This document shows positions 7,853-15,602 of a stretch of 43,575 nucleotides of DNA, one piece after another. The stretch is from a bacterium (lineage in GTDB: Bacteria; Hydrothermota; Tepidihabitantia; Tepidihabitantales; Tepidihabitantaceae). The notes beneath the pieces are model-generated. The model was given only the letters and a program-made list of their open reading frames with translations. It was not told the DNA's origin and did no database searches. Location: assembly GCA_046484845.1 (NCBI GenBank), contig JAWOIB010000114.1:1-43575 (forward strand), given 5' to 3'. The position numbers and the translations under genes are program-made. Position 1 is the stretch's first letter. Each line of letters opens with the position of its first letter.

Positions 7853-9691
7853 CTAGAACCCCCCGGCTTTGCCGGTATTGTGCATCCCGCCCTGCCATTT
7901 CGGCCAGGCACTGGGCGCGAGCGTGCCTTCGGTGTACCCGGCCACGAGGTAGAGCGCATCCAGCCCGACGATGACGATGTCGCCGATCGAGGTGAGCGCC
8001 GGGTTCGATTCCGGCAGCTCGAAGTCACGCCGGGCGCGGCCGCCGCGGCCGGTGGAGCGCATCGGCGCAAACTGGGCGCAGTTGACGAGCCAGACGTAGG
8101 CGCCGTCTTCCTGCTTGATGCAGTGGAGCACGTCCTGGTCGTCGTGGAGGTAGATGAGCCCGTTGGCGGTGAGAATCGGGCTGGTCTCGATGTCGGAGGC
8201 GTCGGTGAGCGCGATGTTCCAGACCGCGCCGCCGGTTTCCGGGTTCAGGCGGTACACCCGGCCCATGCCGGTCGCGACGTAAACCGCGCCGATGCCGAGG
8301 ACGATGCGGTTGGCCTCGCCGTTGACCTGGACCCGCCACCTGACGGTGTTGTCCGGGTTGAGGCAGTAGACGTTGCCGCCGATATCACCGACGTAGATGT
8401 GGCCGGCGGTGCCGACGACCGGCGAGGAGAGCGCCGTGCCGCCGGTGGTGAGCACGGTGTCGAAGACCGGGTTGAGGTTGTTGCCGTCCAGCACCAGCAG
8501 CCGGCCGTTGTCGGTTACGACGATGACCTGCCCGGCCGGGTTGATGGCCGGGTTGCTCTTGATGCCCGGGACGGAGTAGTGAGCGTTGTACCTGCCGCTG
8601 GCGCCGTTGTCGGTCAGGTAGTAGATGCGGTCGTCGTCGCGGGTGCAGTAGATCTTGTTGCCGTTGACCGCGGGCACACCCCACTCGATGTAGGACGGGT
8701 ACTCGCGGCTGGAGTCGGGCCAGCTCCATTGCTTGCTCAGCCCGAGGTTGAAGGCGTAGAGCTCGCCGTTCTCGTTGCCGACGATGATGTTGCCGGTCTG
8801 GGCGACGTAAGCCGGGTGGCCGGTGTAGTAGTCTTCGTCGGTGGAGCTGCTGCGCACCCCGACCCGGCTGTCGGAGGTCTTGATGCCGTAGAAGCGGCCG
8901 AATTCGTCCTCGGCCCCGACGTAGATCAGCTCGTCTTCGTTCCGCACCTGGATGACCGGCGAGCCGATGGCCGGGCCTTCGTCCTCGTCCGGGGTGATCC
9001 AGGCCCAGATGACCACGCCGGTCGTGTCGACCCTGACCATTACCGAGTCGGACCAGCCGGACATCGAGCCCTTCTGGTCGCGGGCGCGGACCTTGACGTA
9101 GTGCTCGCCGAGGGTGCGGAACCGGCCGTAGTCCTCGACCGGGGTGCCGCTCGGGACGAGCGGGGTGGTCCAGTTGCCGAGCGTGTTGCTGTAGTTGAAC
9201 TGGAACTGGATGCTGTCGCCGTCCGGGTCGGTCGCGACCGCCTCGAAGCGGGTGTCGCGGTTGCGGGCGGTCTGGATCGGGGCGTAGGTGATGCGCACGT
9301 CGGTCGGGGACTGGTTGGGCGAAATCGTGACCGTGACCGGGTCGGACCAGTCCGATTCGAGCTCGGGTTTGTCGGCGACGAACGCCAGCGCCTTGACCTC
9401 GTAGCTGCCCGCGTCGGTCCAGACGTGGCGGAGGGTGGCCTCGGTGCCGGACGGGTAGTCGATGGCCGAGGTGTCGGTGACCCCGTCGTCCCAGTTGACG
9501 ACGTACTTGACGTTCTTTTCCTGCGGCTGGGTGGAAACGGCCCGGATCGCGACCTCGGCGTTCTGGTAGACCGTTCCCGAGGGCGGCGTGAGCTGGGGCT
9601 CGGTCGGCGGGTCGTCCCCGCACTTCAGCGCCAGCGTGAATACCGCCAGCAACCCGATGCCGGCGATGAGAATCAGTTGTCTGCGATTCAT
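7853..9691 (-). CDS. secreted protein or lipoprotein with two PKD-like domains and a PQQ/BamB-like beta-propeller (paralog of 6199..7674)
   Basis: The N-terminus has a signal or transmembrane segment ending in LALKCG. Two PKD-like modules are present (VNWDDGVTDTS and ATDPDGDSIQFQF). Propeller blades follow, and the C-terminal motif is WPKWQGGMHNTGKA. The architecture matches the downstream gene. Confidence 0.8.
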   Translation of the reverse strand: MNRRQLILIAGIGLLAVFTLALKCGDDPPTEPQLTPPSGTVYQNAEVAIRAVSTQPQEKNVKYVVNWDDGVTDTSAIDYPSGTEATLRHVWTDAGSYEVKALAFVADKPELESDWSDPVTVTISPNQSPTDVRITYAPIQTARNRDTRFEAVATDPDGDSIQFQFNYSNTLGNWTTPLVPSGTPVEDYGRFRTLGEHYVKVRARDQKGSMSGWSDSVMVRVDTTGVVIWAWITPDEDEGPAIGSPVIQVRNEDELIYVGAEDEFGRFYGIKTSDSRVGVRSSSTDEDYYTGHPAYVAQTGNIIVGNENGELYAFNLGLSKQWSWPDSSREYPSYIEWGVPAVNGNKIYCTRDDDRIYYLTDNGASGRYNAHYSVPGIKSNPAINPAGQVIVVTDNGRLLVLDGNNLNPVFDTVLTTGGTALSSPVVGTAGHIYVGDIGGNVYCLNPDNTVRWRVQVNGEANRIVLGIGAVYVATGMGRVYRLNPETGGAVWNIALTDASDIETSPILTANGLIYLHDDQDVLHCIKQEDGAYVWLVNCAQFAPMRSTGRGGRARRDFELPESNPALTSIGDIVIVGLDALYLVAGYTEGTLAPSAWPKWQGGMHNTGKAGGF

Positions 9692-9731
9692 CAGTCCTCC
9701 CTGGTCAATTGCGGCTCAAGCGCGCCGGCGG

Positions 9732-10766
9732 CTACCTGGTGACCACCGGCCCGTGGAAATTGCCCTGGGCCGGGAACCGGACGCTGCCGCCGCGACCGTC
9801 CTCGAAGTGAAAGTAGTAGTCATGCTCCCAGCCGACATGGTGGCGGGTGCGGTAGATGTACAGCCCTTCGTGGGGCTTGCCCGCGGCGAGCTTGATCGGG
9901 TACTCGATGCCGTTGATGTAGATGAGCGCGAGCGCGGGGGCGTTGCCGTCGGGGTCCCGGTAATGGACGGTGTAGGCGTACTTGGTGCGGTAGCTGCCGG
10001 TCGGGGGGATGAGCCGGTTGTCGGTGAGCGTGGGCACCGCGTTCGGGGTCTCGGTGACCTCGGGCCCGCGGATGAAGCCGTGCACCGGGTGGGTCGCACA
10101 GTAGCCGTCGCCGTCAATCGCCTCGAAGTAGTAGGCATGCGGGCCGGCGGGCAGCGTCGTCTGGTAGATGTAGGTGCCGTTGTTGGGCGTGCCGTCGTGC
10201 AGCTTCATGTCGTGGCGGATGCCGTCGACGACCACGGTGACACGCTGGGGTCTCTTGCAGATGTCGCGGTCGCGGTAATGGACGGTGTAGGCGTAGAGCC
10301 GGTTGTCGTTGCCGCGGTCGTGGTACACGCCGCCGTTGGTCAGGACGGCCTGGCGGTTGTAGCGCGTACGGCCGCCGACCCAGGGGCCGGGTTTGGCGCC
10401 GTAGCGCGGGAAGCGCTCGCTGTGGCCGCTCTGGTTCTCGGCGTAGAAGAAGTACTCGTACTCGCCCTGCTCGGGCAGGTTCACCCGCGCCCGGTAGATG
10501 CCGTCGTGGGCGCTGCCCTTCGCGAGGCTCAGCGGGTAGTTGCTGCCGCCGATGTTGACTTCGATCCGGGCCGGGGCCTCAGCGGACGGGTCCTTGTAGC
10601 GGACCGAGGCGGTGAAGGCGGTCCGGGTAGTGCCGTCCATCGGCCGGATCATCGGCTGGCAGAGGCAGGGCTTGAGAGTGGCTTCGGCAGCCGGGGCCGG
10701 GGCTGCCATGATGGCGAGGACGATAACCAACAGGCCTGCGACACAAGCATGATGCTGTCTGCGCAT
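9732..10766 (-). CDS. secreted protein made of three ~100-aa tandem repeats (unknown domain)
   Basis: The signal peptide is MRRQHHACVAGLLVIVLAIMAAPAPAAEA. Three repeats share the pattern Y..V.Y+D.D...P....V.I.G....+L..G....G.Y.Y......G.H.YYF.A.DG.G.....P..G...GP.V. A strong Shine-Dalgarno sequence (AAGGAGGAAGC) precedes the start. The next gene begins 40 nt downstream. Confidence 0.7.
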   Translation of the reverse strand: MRRQHHACVAGLLVIVLAIMAAPAPAAEATLKPCLCQPMIRPMDGTTRTAFTASVRYKDPSAEAPARIEVNIGGSNYPLSLAKGSAHDGIYRARVNLPEQGEYEYFFYAENQSGHSERFPRYGAKPGPWVGGRTRYNRQAVLTNGGVYHDRGNDNRLYAYTVHYRDRDICKRPQRVTVVVDGIRHDMKLHDGTPNNGTYIYQTTLPAGPHAYYFEAIDGDGYCATHPVHGFIRGPEVTETPNAVPTLTDNRLIPPTGSYRTKYAYTVHYRDPDGNAPALALIYINGIEYPIKLAAGKPHEGLYIYRTRHHVGWEHDYYFHFEDGRGGSVRFPAQGNFHGPVVTR

Positions 10767-10908
10767 GCTTCCTCCTTATTTTACTGCTTCCTCCCGGCAC
10801 GGGGCCGGGCGACGGCTGCCCGGGCCGGGTTGCTGAAGGGCCGAAATCAGGACTCTGCCTTGGGCCGTCACCCCGGGCGGGGTCGCGGCAGCAGAGTGCC
10901 GGTTGGGA

Positions 10909-10937
10909 ATTATAGGTCTGCGGTTTCCGGGTGTCAA
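10909..10937 (-). promoter_or_regulatory. consensus promoter TTGACA-N17-TATAAT for the 9732..10766 operon (about 130-nt leader)
   Basis: The reverse complement of 10932..10937 is TTGACA, which contains the TGA stop of the symporter gene. The reverse complement of 10909..10914 is TATAAT. Confidence 0.6.
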
Positions 10938-12427
10938 GACGGCTCCCGGTCGGCCGGTCGGCTGCCGAACGCCGCGTCCAGGATTGCGGCCGGAGGCGCG
11001 GGGGTGAGCAGGCCGACCGCGAGGTAGAGCAGCAGCCCGACCGCCAGCCCGGGAATGAAGCCGTGCAGCCCGAGCGGCCGCCGGAATGCCTCCCAGGCCA
11101 GTGCGGTCAGGCAGCCGCCGAGCATCGAGGCGAGGGTGCCGAGCCGGGTGGCCCGGCGCCAGTAGAGCCCGAGGACGTAGGGCCAGAGCGTGGTCGAGGC
11201 GATGACCGCCCAGGCGAAGCCGGTGATGACCAGGATCATCGCCGGCGGCCGGAGCGCGACCGCGAGCGCGACCAGCCCGACGCCGACCGAGGCCAGCCGG
11301 GACCAGCGCACCTGCCCGCGGTCAGACAGCCGGCGGTGGAAAGCGTCCCGGGCGAGGTCTTTGACGAGCGAGCTGACTACCACGATCAGCACCGCGGCGA
11401 AGCTGGACATCCCGGCCGCGACAACCGCGGCGAGGAAGACCGCCGAGGCCCAGGGCGGCATGACGTCCCGGACCAGGAAGGGTATCGCCAGGTCGTAGGC
11501 CTGCGCGCCGGTGGCCCGGGCGGTCTCGGCGATTTCCGGGCGGAGCAGCCGGGTGAGCGCGCCGTTGAGGTAGGGCAGGAGCGCCATCGCGCCGCCGACG
11601 GTGGCGAGCACGGTGCCGAGCCTGAGCACCTTCGAGCTCTTGACGGAGTAGAAGCGGGATACGAGCTGGGGCATGCCCCAGACCCCGAAGCTGACAATCA
11701 TCGAGTAGGAGATGAGCCCGGACCAGCCCCAGATTCCGGGCGTGCGCAGGTACTGGCCGTTCTCGACCGCGGCCAGCCGGGCGCAGGCCGCGCCGAACCC
11801 GCCCAGCCGGGTGAGCGCGAGCACGGTGAGCAGCACCAGCCCGAAGATCATCACCCAGCCCTGGAAGAACCCGGTCCAGACCACCGCCAGGTACCCGCCG
11901 AGCGCGACGTAGGCCACGATCATCAGCCCGGAGAGCAGGATCGAGGTTTCGTAGGAGATGCCGAGCAGGACCTCGAACGCGTTGCCCATGCCCTTGAGAA
12001 TCGAGACCGAGTAGAGCACGAGGAAAAACGCGATGACCAGCGCGGCGATGACCCGGGCGGCGGGCGAACCGTACCGGCGGGCGAAGAAGTCGGGCATGGT
12101 GATGGAGTTGAGCCGGCCGGTCATCCGGCGGGTACGGTGACCGAGCACGGTCCAGGCGAGCAGGGTGCCGACGATGACGTTGGTCGCGCCGACCCAGAGC
12201 GTGGCCAGTCCGAACCGGTAGCCGAACCCGCCGCCGCCGATGATGACCACCGAGCTGTAGTAGGCGGAGACGAAGCTGAACGCGGTTACCCAGGGCCCGA
12301 CCGAGCGGGAGCCGAGGAAGAACCCCTCGGCCGAGGATTTCACCCGGCGGCCGGTGACGATGCCGACCGCGAACATCGCCAGCAGATAGAGCGCGAGGAC
12401 GAGGACGTGGACCGCGACGGGAGACAC
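10934..12427 (-). CDS. sodium:solute symporter family (SSF) transporter
   Basis: The 497-aa polytopic membrane protein starts with an SSF-like N-terminus (GRRVKSSAEGFFLGSRSVGPWVTAFSFVSAYYSS). About 13 hydrophobic segments are evident. Confidence 0.9.
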   Translation of the reverse strand: MSPVAVHVLVLALYLLAMFAVGIVTGRRVKSSAEGFFLGSRSVGPWVTAFSFVSAYYSSVVIIGGGGFGYRFGLATLWVGATNVIVGTLLAWTVLGHRTRRMTGRLNSITMPDFFARRYGSPAARVIAALVIAFFLVLYSVSILKGMGNAFEVLLGISYETSILLSGLMIVAYVALGGYLAVVWTGFFQGWVMIFGLVLLTVLALTRLGGFGAACARLAAVENGQYLRTPGIWGWSGLISYSMIVSFGVWGMPQLVSRFYSVKSSKVLRLGTVLATVGGAMALLPYLNGALTRLLRPEIAETARATGAQAYDLAIPFLVRDVMPPWASAVFLAAVVAAGMSSFAAVLIVVVSSLVKDLARDAFHRRLSDRGQVRWSRLASVGVGLVALAVALRPPAMILVITGFAWAVIASTTLWPYVLGLYWRRATRLGTLASMLGGCLTALAWEAFRRPLGLHGFIPGLAVGLLLYLAVGLLTPAPPAAILDAAFGSRPADREPS

Positions 12428-12430
12428 CGG

Positions 12431-12547
12431 TCAGTCTCCGTCCTTGAAGCGCACGAGGACCGCCCAGAGGATGCTGGCGACCGCGGCGGCCGCGACCGCG
12501 ATAATGGCGGAGAAGGTCAGCCACGGACAGCCGAAGGGTCCAGCCAC
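12431..12547 (-). CDS. unannotated 38-aa single-TM small ORF, candidate symporter small accessory subunit
   Basis: My own translation is (GTG)MAGPFGCPWLTFSAIIAVAAAAVASILWAVLVRFKDGD*. Its stop lies 3 nt before the symporter start. The GTG sits exactly 6 nt after a TAACAT -10 box of a TTGACA-N16 promoter, the same geometry seen at other genes here. The ORF is below the ORF-track length cutoff. Confidence 0.5.
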   Translation of the reverse strand: MAGPFGCPWLTFSAIIAVAAAAVASILWAVLVRFKDGD

Positions 12548-12553
12548 GCTGCG

Positions 12554-12581
12554 ATGTTAGCGGGCGAAGGGTTGATGTCAA
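12554..12581 (-). promoter_or_regulatory. promoter TTGACA-N16-TAACAT; GTG of the 38-aa ORF lies 6 nt after the -10 box (leaderless geometry)
   Basis: The reverse complement of 12576..12581 is TTGACA, and the reverse complement of 12554..12559 is TAACAT. The GTG is at 12547. Confidence 0.5.
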
Positions 12582-12598
12582 CGCCCGGCCGGGGCCGG

Positions 12599-13675
12599 TC
12601 AGTGCCGGGCGACCTGCTTGACCGCGACCGCGCCGCCGACGAACGCGCCGATGTAGAAGCTGAACAGCCGCCAGAGGACGACGAACACCCCGAGCATGTG
12701 GCGCGGGCAGAGCATCGCGTACAGCCCGGCCGCGCCCGCCTCGGCCACCCCGCCCGCGCCCGGGGTCGGGATGTAGAGCAGGATCGCGACGAGCAGGTTG
12801 TTGATGCCGAGCACGCGCGGGACGTCCTCGAACCCGATGACCCCGAGCCCGCCGAGAATCGCGGCGGTCATCCCGAAGTAGGACAGGCCGTAAACAACGG
12901 TCAGCAGCGCGGCGACGAGCAGGTACCAGACGTTCCGGCCGATGAAGTAGAGCTTCAGCCCGTCCGCGAAATGCCGGAACTCGCCGAGGGTGCGGACGAG
13001 CAGCCGGCGCAGCCGGCCGGGCTCCGGCTTCGCCGCCAGCCGGTCGCGCCAGCGGGCGACGATCGCCGGGAAGAACAGCGTCAGCACCACGAACGCGGTG
13101 CCGCCGGCGATGATGACCCCGATGTAGGTGCCCAGCACCTTGAGCAGGACGGAGCTGATGTTCAGCCGGGTGGCGATGAACGGCGCGGCCGCGAACACCA
13201 TCCCGTAGAACAGGATGCCGCGGGCGAGCAGCATCGCCGAGGCCTTGCCGGGCGAGATGCCCCACCGGTTCATGGCGTAGAGCTGGAGCGGCAGGCCGCC
13301 GACTTGGAACGGGGTGATGGCGGCCATGAAATACCCGACGAGGATGATCTCCGCGGAGCGGATGATCCCGAGCCGGTGCTCGCCCGCCCGGGAGAGTACC
13401 GCCAGCCGCAGGCCGTCCACCCCGGTCGCGACCAGCCAGAGCAGGCCGGTCAGCAGCAGCCAGTGCGGCTTGAGCCGGGCGAGGTCAGCGAGCGTCTCCC
13501 GGCTGACGGTCACCGCCATCACCACCACCGCGGCCACCACGCCGATGAGCACGAATAGCCGGATGCCGCGCCGGATGTTGCGCGCGCGCAGCCGCTCGCG
13601 GACTTCCTCCTCGGTGGCGGGGCGGGTTTCGACCGGGGGCGGCAGTCCCTGCCCGGCGCGTGCTGGCTCGGTCAT
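12599..13675 (-). CDS. UPF0104 / lysylphosphatidylglycerol-synthase-TM-region (flippase-like) family membrane protein
   Basis: The 358-aa protein has about 8 TM segments. Family-like blocks include FMAAITPFQVGGLPLQLY and PTPGAGGVAEAG. Confidence 0.75.
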   Translation of the reverse strand: MTEPARAGQGLPPPVETRPATEEEVRERLRARNIRRGIRLFVLIGVVAAVVVMAVTVSRETLADLARLKPHWLLLTGLLWLVATGVDGLRLAVLSRAGEHRLGIIRSAEIILVGYFMAAITPFQVGGLPLQLYAMNRWGISPGKASAMLLARGILFYGMVFAAAPFIATRLNISSVLLKVLGTYIGVIIAGGTAFVVLTLFFPAIVARWRDRLAAKPEPGRLRRLLVRTLGEFRHFADGLKLYFIGRNVWYLLVAALLTVVYGLSYFGMTAAILGGLGVIGFEDVPRVLGINNLLVAILLYIPTPGAGGVAEAGAAGLYAMLCPRHMLGVFVVLWRLFSFYIGAFVGGAVAVKQVARH

Positions 13676-13684
13676 AGCTCGGTG

Positions 13685-13712
13685 ATGTTAGGGTTCGCGA
13701 CGCGTGAGTCAA
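13685..13712 (-). promoter_or_regulatory. promoter TTGACT-N16-TAACAT; ATG 13675 lies 9 nt after the -10 box
   Basis: The hexamers are the reverse complements of 13707..13712 and 13685..13690. Confidence 0.5.
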
Positions 13713-13721
13713 GCGAGGGCG

Positions 13722-13749
13722 TTGACTTCGCCGGTCGGCCGGGTATTAC
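13722..13749 (+). promoter_or_regulatory. promoter TTGACT-N16-TATTAC; GTG 13756 lies 6 nt after the -10 box (leaderless geometry)
   Basis: Read directly from the sequence. It lies back-to-back with the divergent promoter at 13685..13712. Confidence 0.5.
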
Positions 13750-13755
13750 TTCAGG

Positions 13756-14244
13756 GTGAGACCATCAATACTGCTCGCGACCGCGCTGCTGCTGGCGGTG
13801 GGCTGCGCCCCGCGGCTGGAGCCGGTCGGGGTTGACTTCCAGAACCTGCGGCTCGACGGCTTCGAACGCGGCGAGTTGGACCTGCTGATTACCAACCCCA
13901 ACCGGGTCGCAGTGGACATCGAGGCGATGCGCTACTCGCTGGCGCTGGGCCGGGACACGGTCGCGCTGGGCGAGCGGCAGGTGCCGCTCCGGGTGCCGGC
14001 CGGGGACACGGTGACCGCAACGTTCGGGTTCGAATTCCGATTCGAGCTCGACGGCATCTTCAACCGGCTGGGCGCGCTGCTCGACGATACGCTCCAGTTC
14101 GAGCTGGACGGTCGTTACTCGGTGCCGGGGCTGTTCGGACCCAGGCGCTGGCCGTTTCGCTACCGGCACGAGCTTCCGCTGCGGGCGGAGGTCGAGAAAC
14201 TGCTCGGGCCGCTCCGGTCGCTGTTCGGCGGAGAGGGTCGGTGA
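13756..14244 (+). CDS. LEA_2 / WHy (NDR1/HIN1-like) domain lipoprotein
   Basis: The lipoprotein signal is MRPSILLATALLLAVGC. The remainder is a beta-sandwich-like sequence (LDLLITNPNRVAVDIEAMRYSLALGRDTVA...VPAGDTVT) typical of LEA14/WHy domains. Confidence 0.65.
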   Translation: MRPSILLATALLLAVGCAPRLEPVGVDFQNLRLDGFERGELDLLITNPNRVAVDIEAMRYSLALGRDTVALGERQVPLRVPAGDTVTATFGFEFRFELDGIFNRLGALLDDTLQFELDGRYSVPGLFGPRRWPFRYRHELPLRAEVEKLLGPLRSLFGGEGR

Positions 14245-15389
14245 AGGTAGCGGTGTTCGGCGCCGGGATGATGGCCCGGGCGGTGGTGTACGACCTGCTG
14301 GGTCGGCCCGGGGTCGGCGAGGTCCGGGTCGCGGACCGCGACCGGCGGCGGCTCGGCGCGTTCCAGCGGTGGTTCCCGGGCCGGGAGCTGCGCACCGCGG
14401 CGGTGGACGCGGGGGTGCGGCGGCAGGCGGAGAAGTTCATCGGCGGGTGCGACGTGGCGGTGTCCTGCGTGCCGTACTCGTTCAACCTCGGACTGACCGA
14501 GGCGGCGCTCGCCTGCGGGGCGCATTTCTGTGACCTCGGCGGCAACAACGACGTGGTGCGGGCCCAGCTTGCGCTCGATGCCCGGGCGCGGCGGGCCGGG
14601 GTGACGGTGGTGCCCGACTGCGGGTTGGCGCCCGGGCTGGTCAGCATCATCGCCGCGGACGCGCTGGAGCGGCTGGACCGGTGCGAGAGCATCCGGCTGC
14701 GGGTCGGCGGTCTGCCGCGCCGGCCGAGGCCGCCGCTCAACTACGCGCTGGTGTTCTCGGCCAACGGGCTGGTCAACGAGTACTCGGAACCCTGCGAGGT
14801 CCTGCACGGGGGCAGGCCGGCGATGGTGCGGCCGCTGGCCGACCTCGAAACGCTGCGGTTCCCGCCGCTGGGCCGGCTCGAGGCGTTCAACACCTCGGGC
14901 GGGGTCTCGACCCTGGTCCGGACCCTGCGGGGCAAGGTCCGCGAGCTGGACTACAAGACCATCCGCTACCCGGGCCACTGCGAGAAAGTCCGCCTGCTTC
15001 TCGACCTCGGGCTTGCCTCGGTCGCGCCGGTCGAAATCGGCGGGCGCGAGGTTTCTCCCCGGGAACTGCTCATCCGGCAGCTTGAGACCACGCTCGGATT
15101 CGAGCAGGACGACCTGGTCCTGCTCCGGGTGGACGCGACCGGGACGCGGCGCGGCCGGCCCTGCCGGATCCGCTACCGGCTGTTCGACCGGGCGGACCGC
15201 CGGACCGGGCTGACCGCGATGATGCGCTGCACCGGGTTTCCGGCCGCGCTGGCCGCGTTCACGCTCGGCCGGGGCGAGGCCCGTCGGGCCGGGGTGCTGC
15301 CGGGCGAGCTGGCGTTCGCGCCCGGGCATTACCTTGCCGGGTTGCGCGAGCGCGGGCTGAGGCTTACCGTCCGGTCCGGTAGGTCCTGA
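14241..15389 (+). CDS. saccharopine dehydrogenase family NAD(P)-binding oxidoreductase
   Basis: The N-terminal Rossmann motif is MKVAVFGAGMMARAVVYDL. The GLAPGL and NEY blocks of the saccharopine / carboxynorspermidine dehydrogenase family are present. The start overlaps the previous gene's stop (GTGA). Confidence 0.8.
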   Translation: MKVAVFGAGMMARAVVYDLLGRPGVGEVRVADRDRRRLGAFQRWFPGRELRTAAVDAGVRRQAEKFIGGCDVAVSCVPYSFNLGLTEAALACGAHFCDLGGNNDVVRAQLALDARARRAGVTVVPDCGLAPGLVSIIAADALERLDRCESIRLRVGGLPRRPRPPLNYALVFSANGLVNEYSEPCEVLHGGRPAMVRPLADLETLRFPPLGRLEAFNTSGGVSTLVRTLRGKVRELDYKTIRYPGHCEKVRLLLDLGLASVAPVEIGGREVSPRELLIRQLETTLGFEQDDLVLLRVDATGTRRGRPCRIRYRLFDRADRRTGLTAMMRCTGFPAALAAFTLGRGEARRAGVLPGELAFAPGHYLAGLRERGLRLTVRSGRS

Positions 15390-15602
15390 CCGCGAGGACG
15401 GACGGGGACATGACGCAATTGTCCTGAATTGGGATCGTGTTCCAGTTCCAGCGGGGGCGGGCTTCAGGACCGCCCGGAGATGTTACCTGTCGGGGAAGCG
15501 GCCGAGCCCGCGGCTCGCGCCGGTGACGAGCGCCAGCCGGCCAGAGAGGTCTATCCTAACCATCGGGGTCGTTGGTTCCGCGACCGCGGAAGGCGGGCGC
15601 TA

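Noticed and set aside
10931-13558. An 875-aa plus-strand ORF, together with the 647-aa minus-frame ORF at 11322..13265, spanning the symporter and UPF0104 genes.
   Set aside because: The translation is extremely Arg/Glu/Asp/Gly/Pro-rich. It crosses two well-supported membrane-protein genes and an intergenic promoter, so it is not plausible as a real CDS.
15390-15602. A 213-nt spacer between the convergent saccharopine-dehydrogenase-like and aminotransferase genes, considered as a possible small RNA or sORF locus.
   Set aside because: It contains only short hairpins (GGGCGG...CCGCCC, and the TTCCGCG-AC-CGCGGAA palindrome). I could see no promoter-like TTGACA/TATAAT pair and no convincing ORF. 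It is most likely terminator or spacer DNA.
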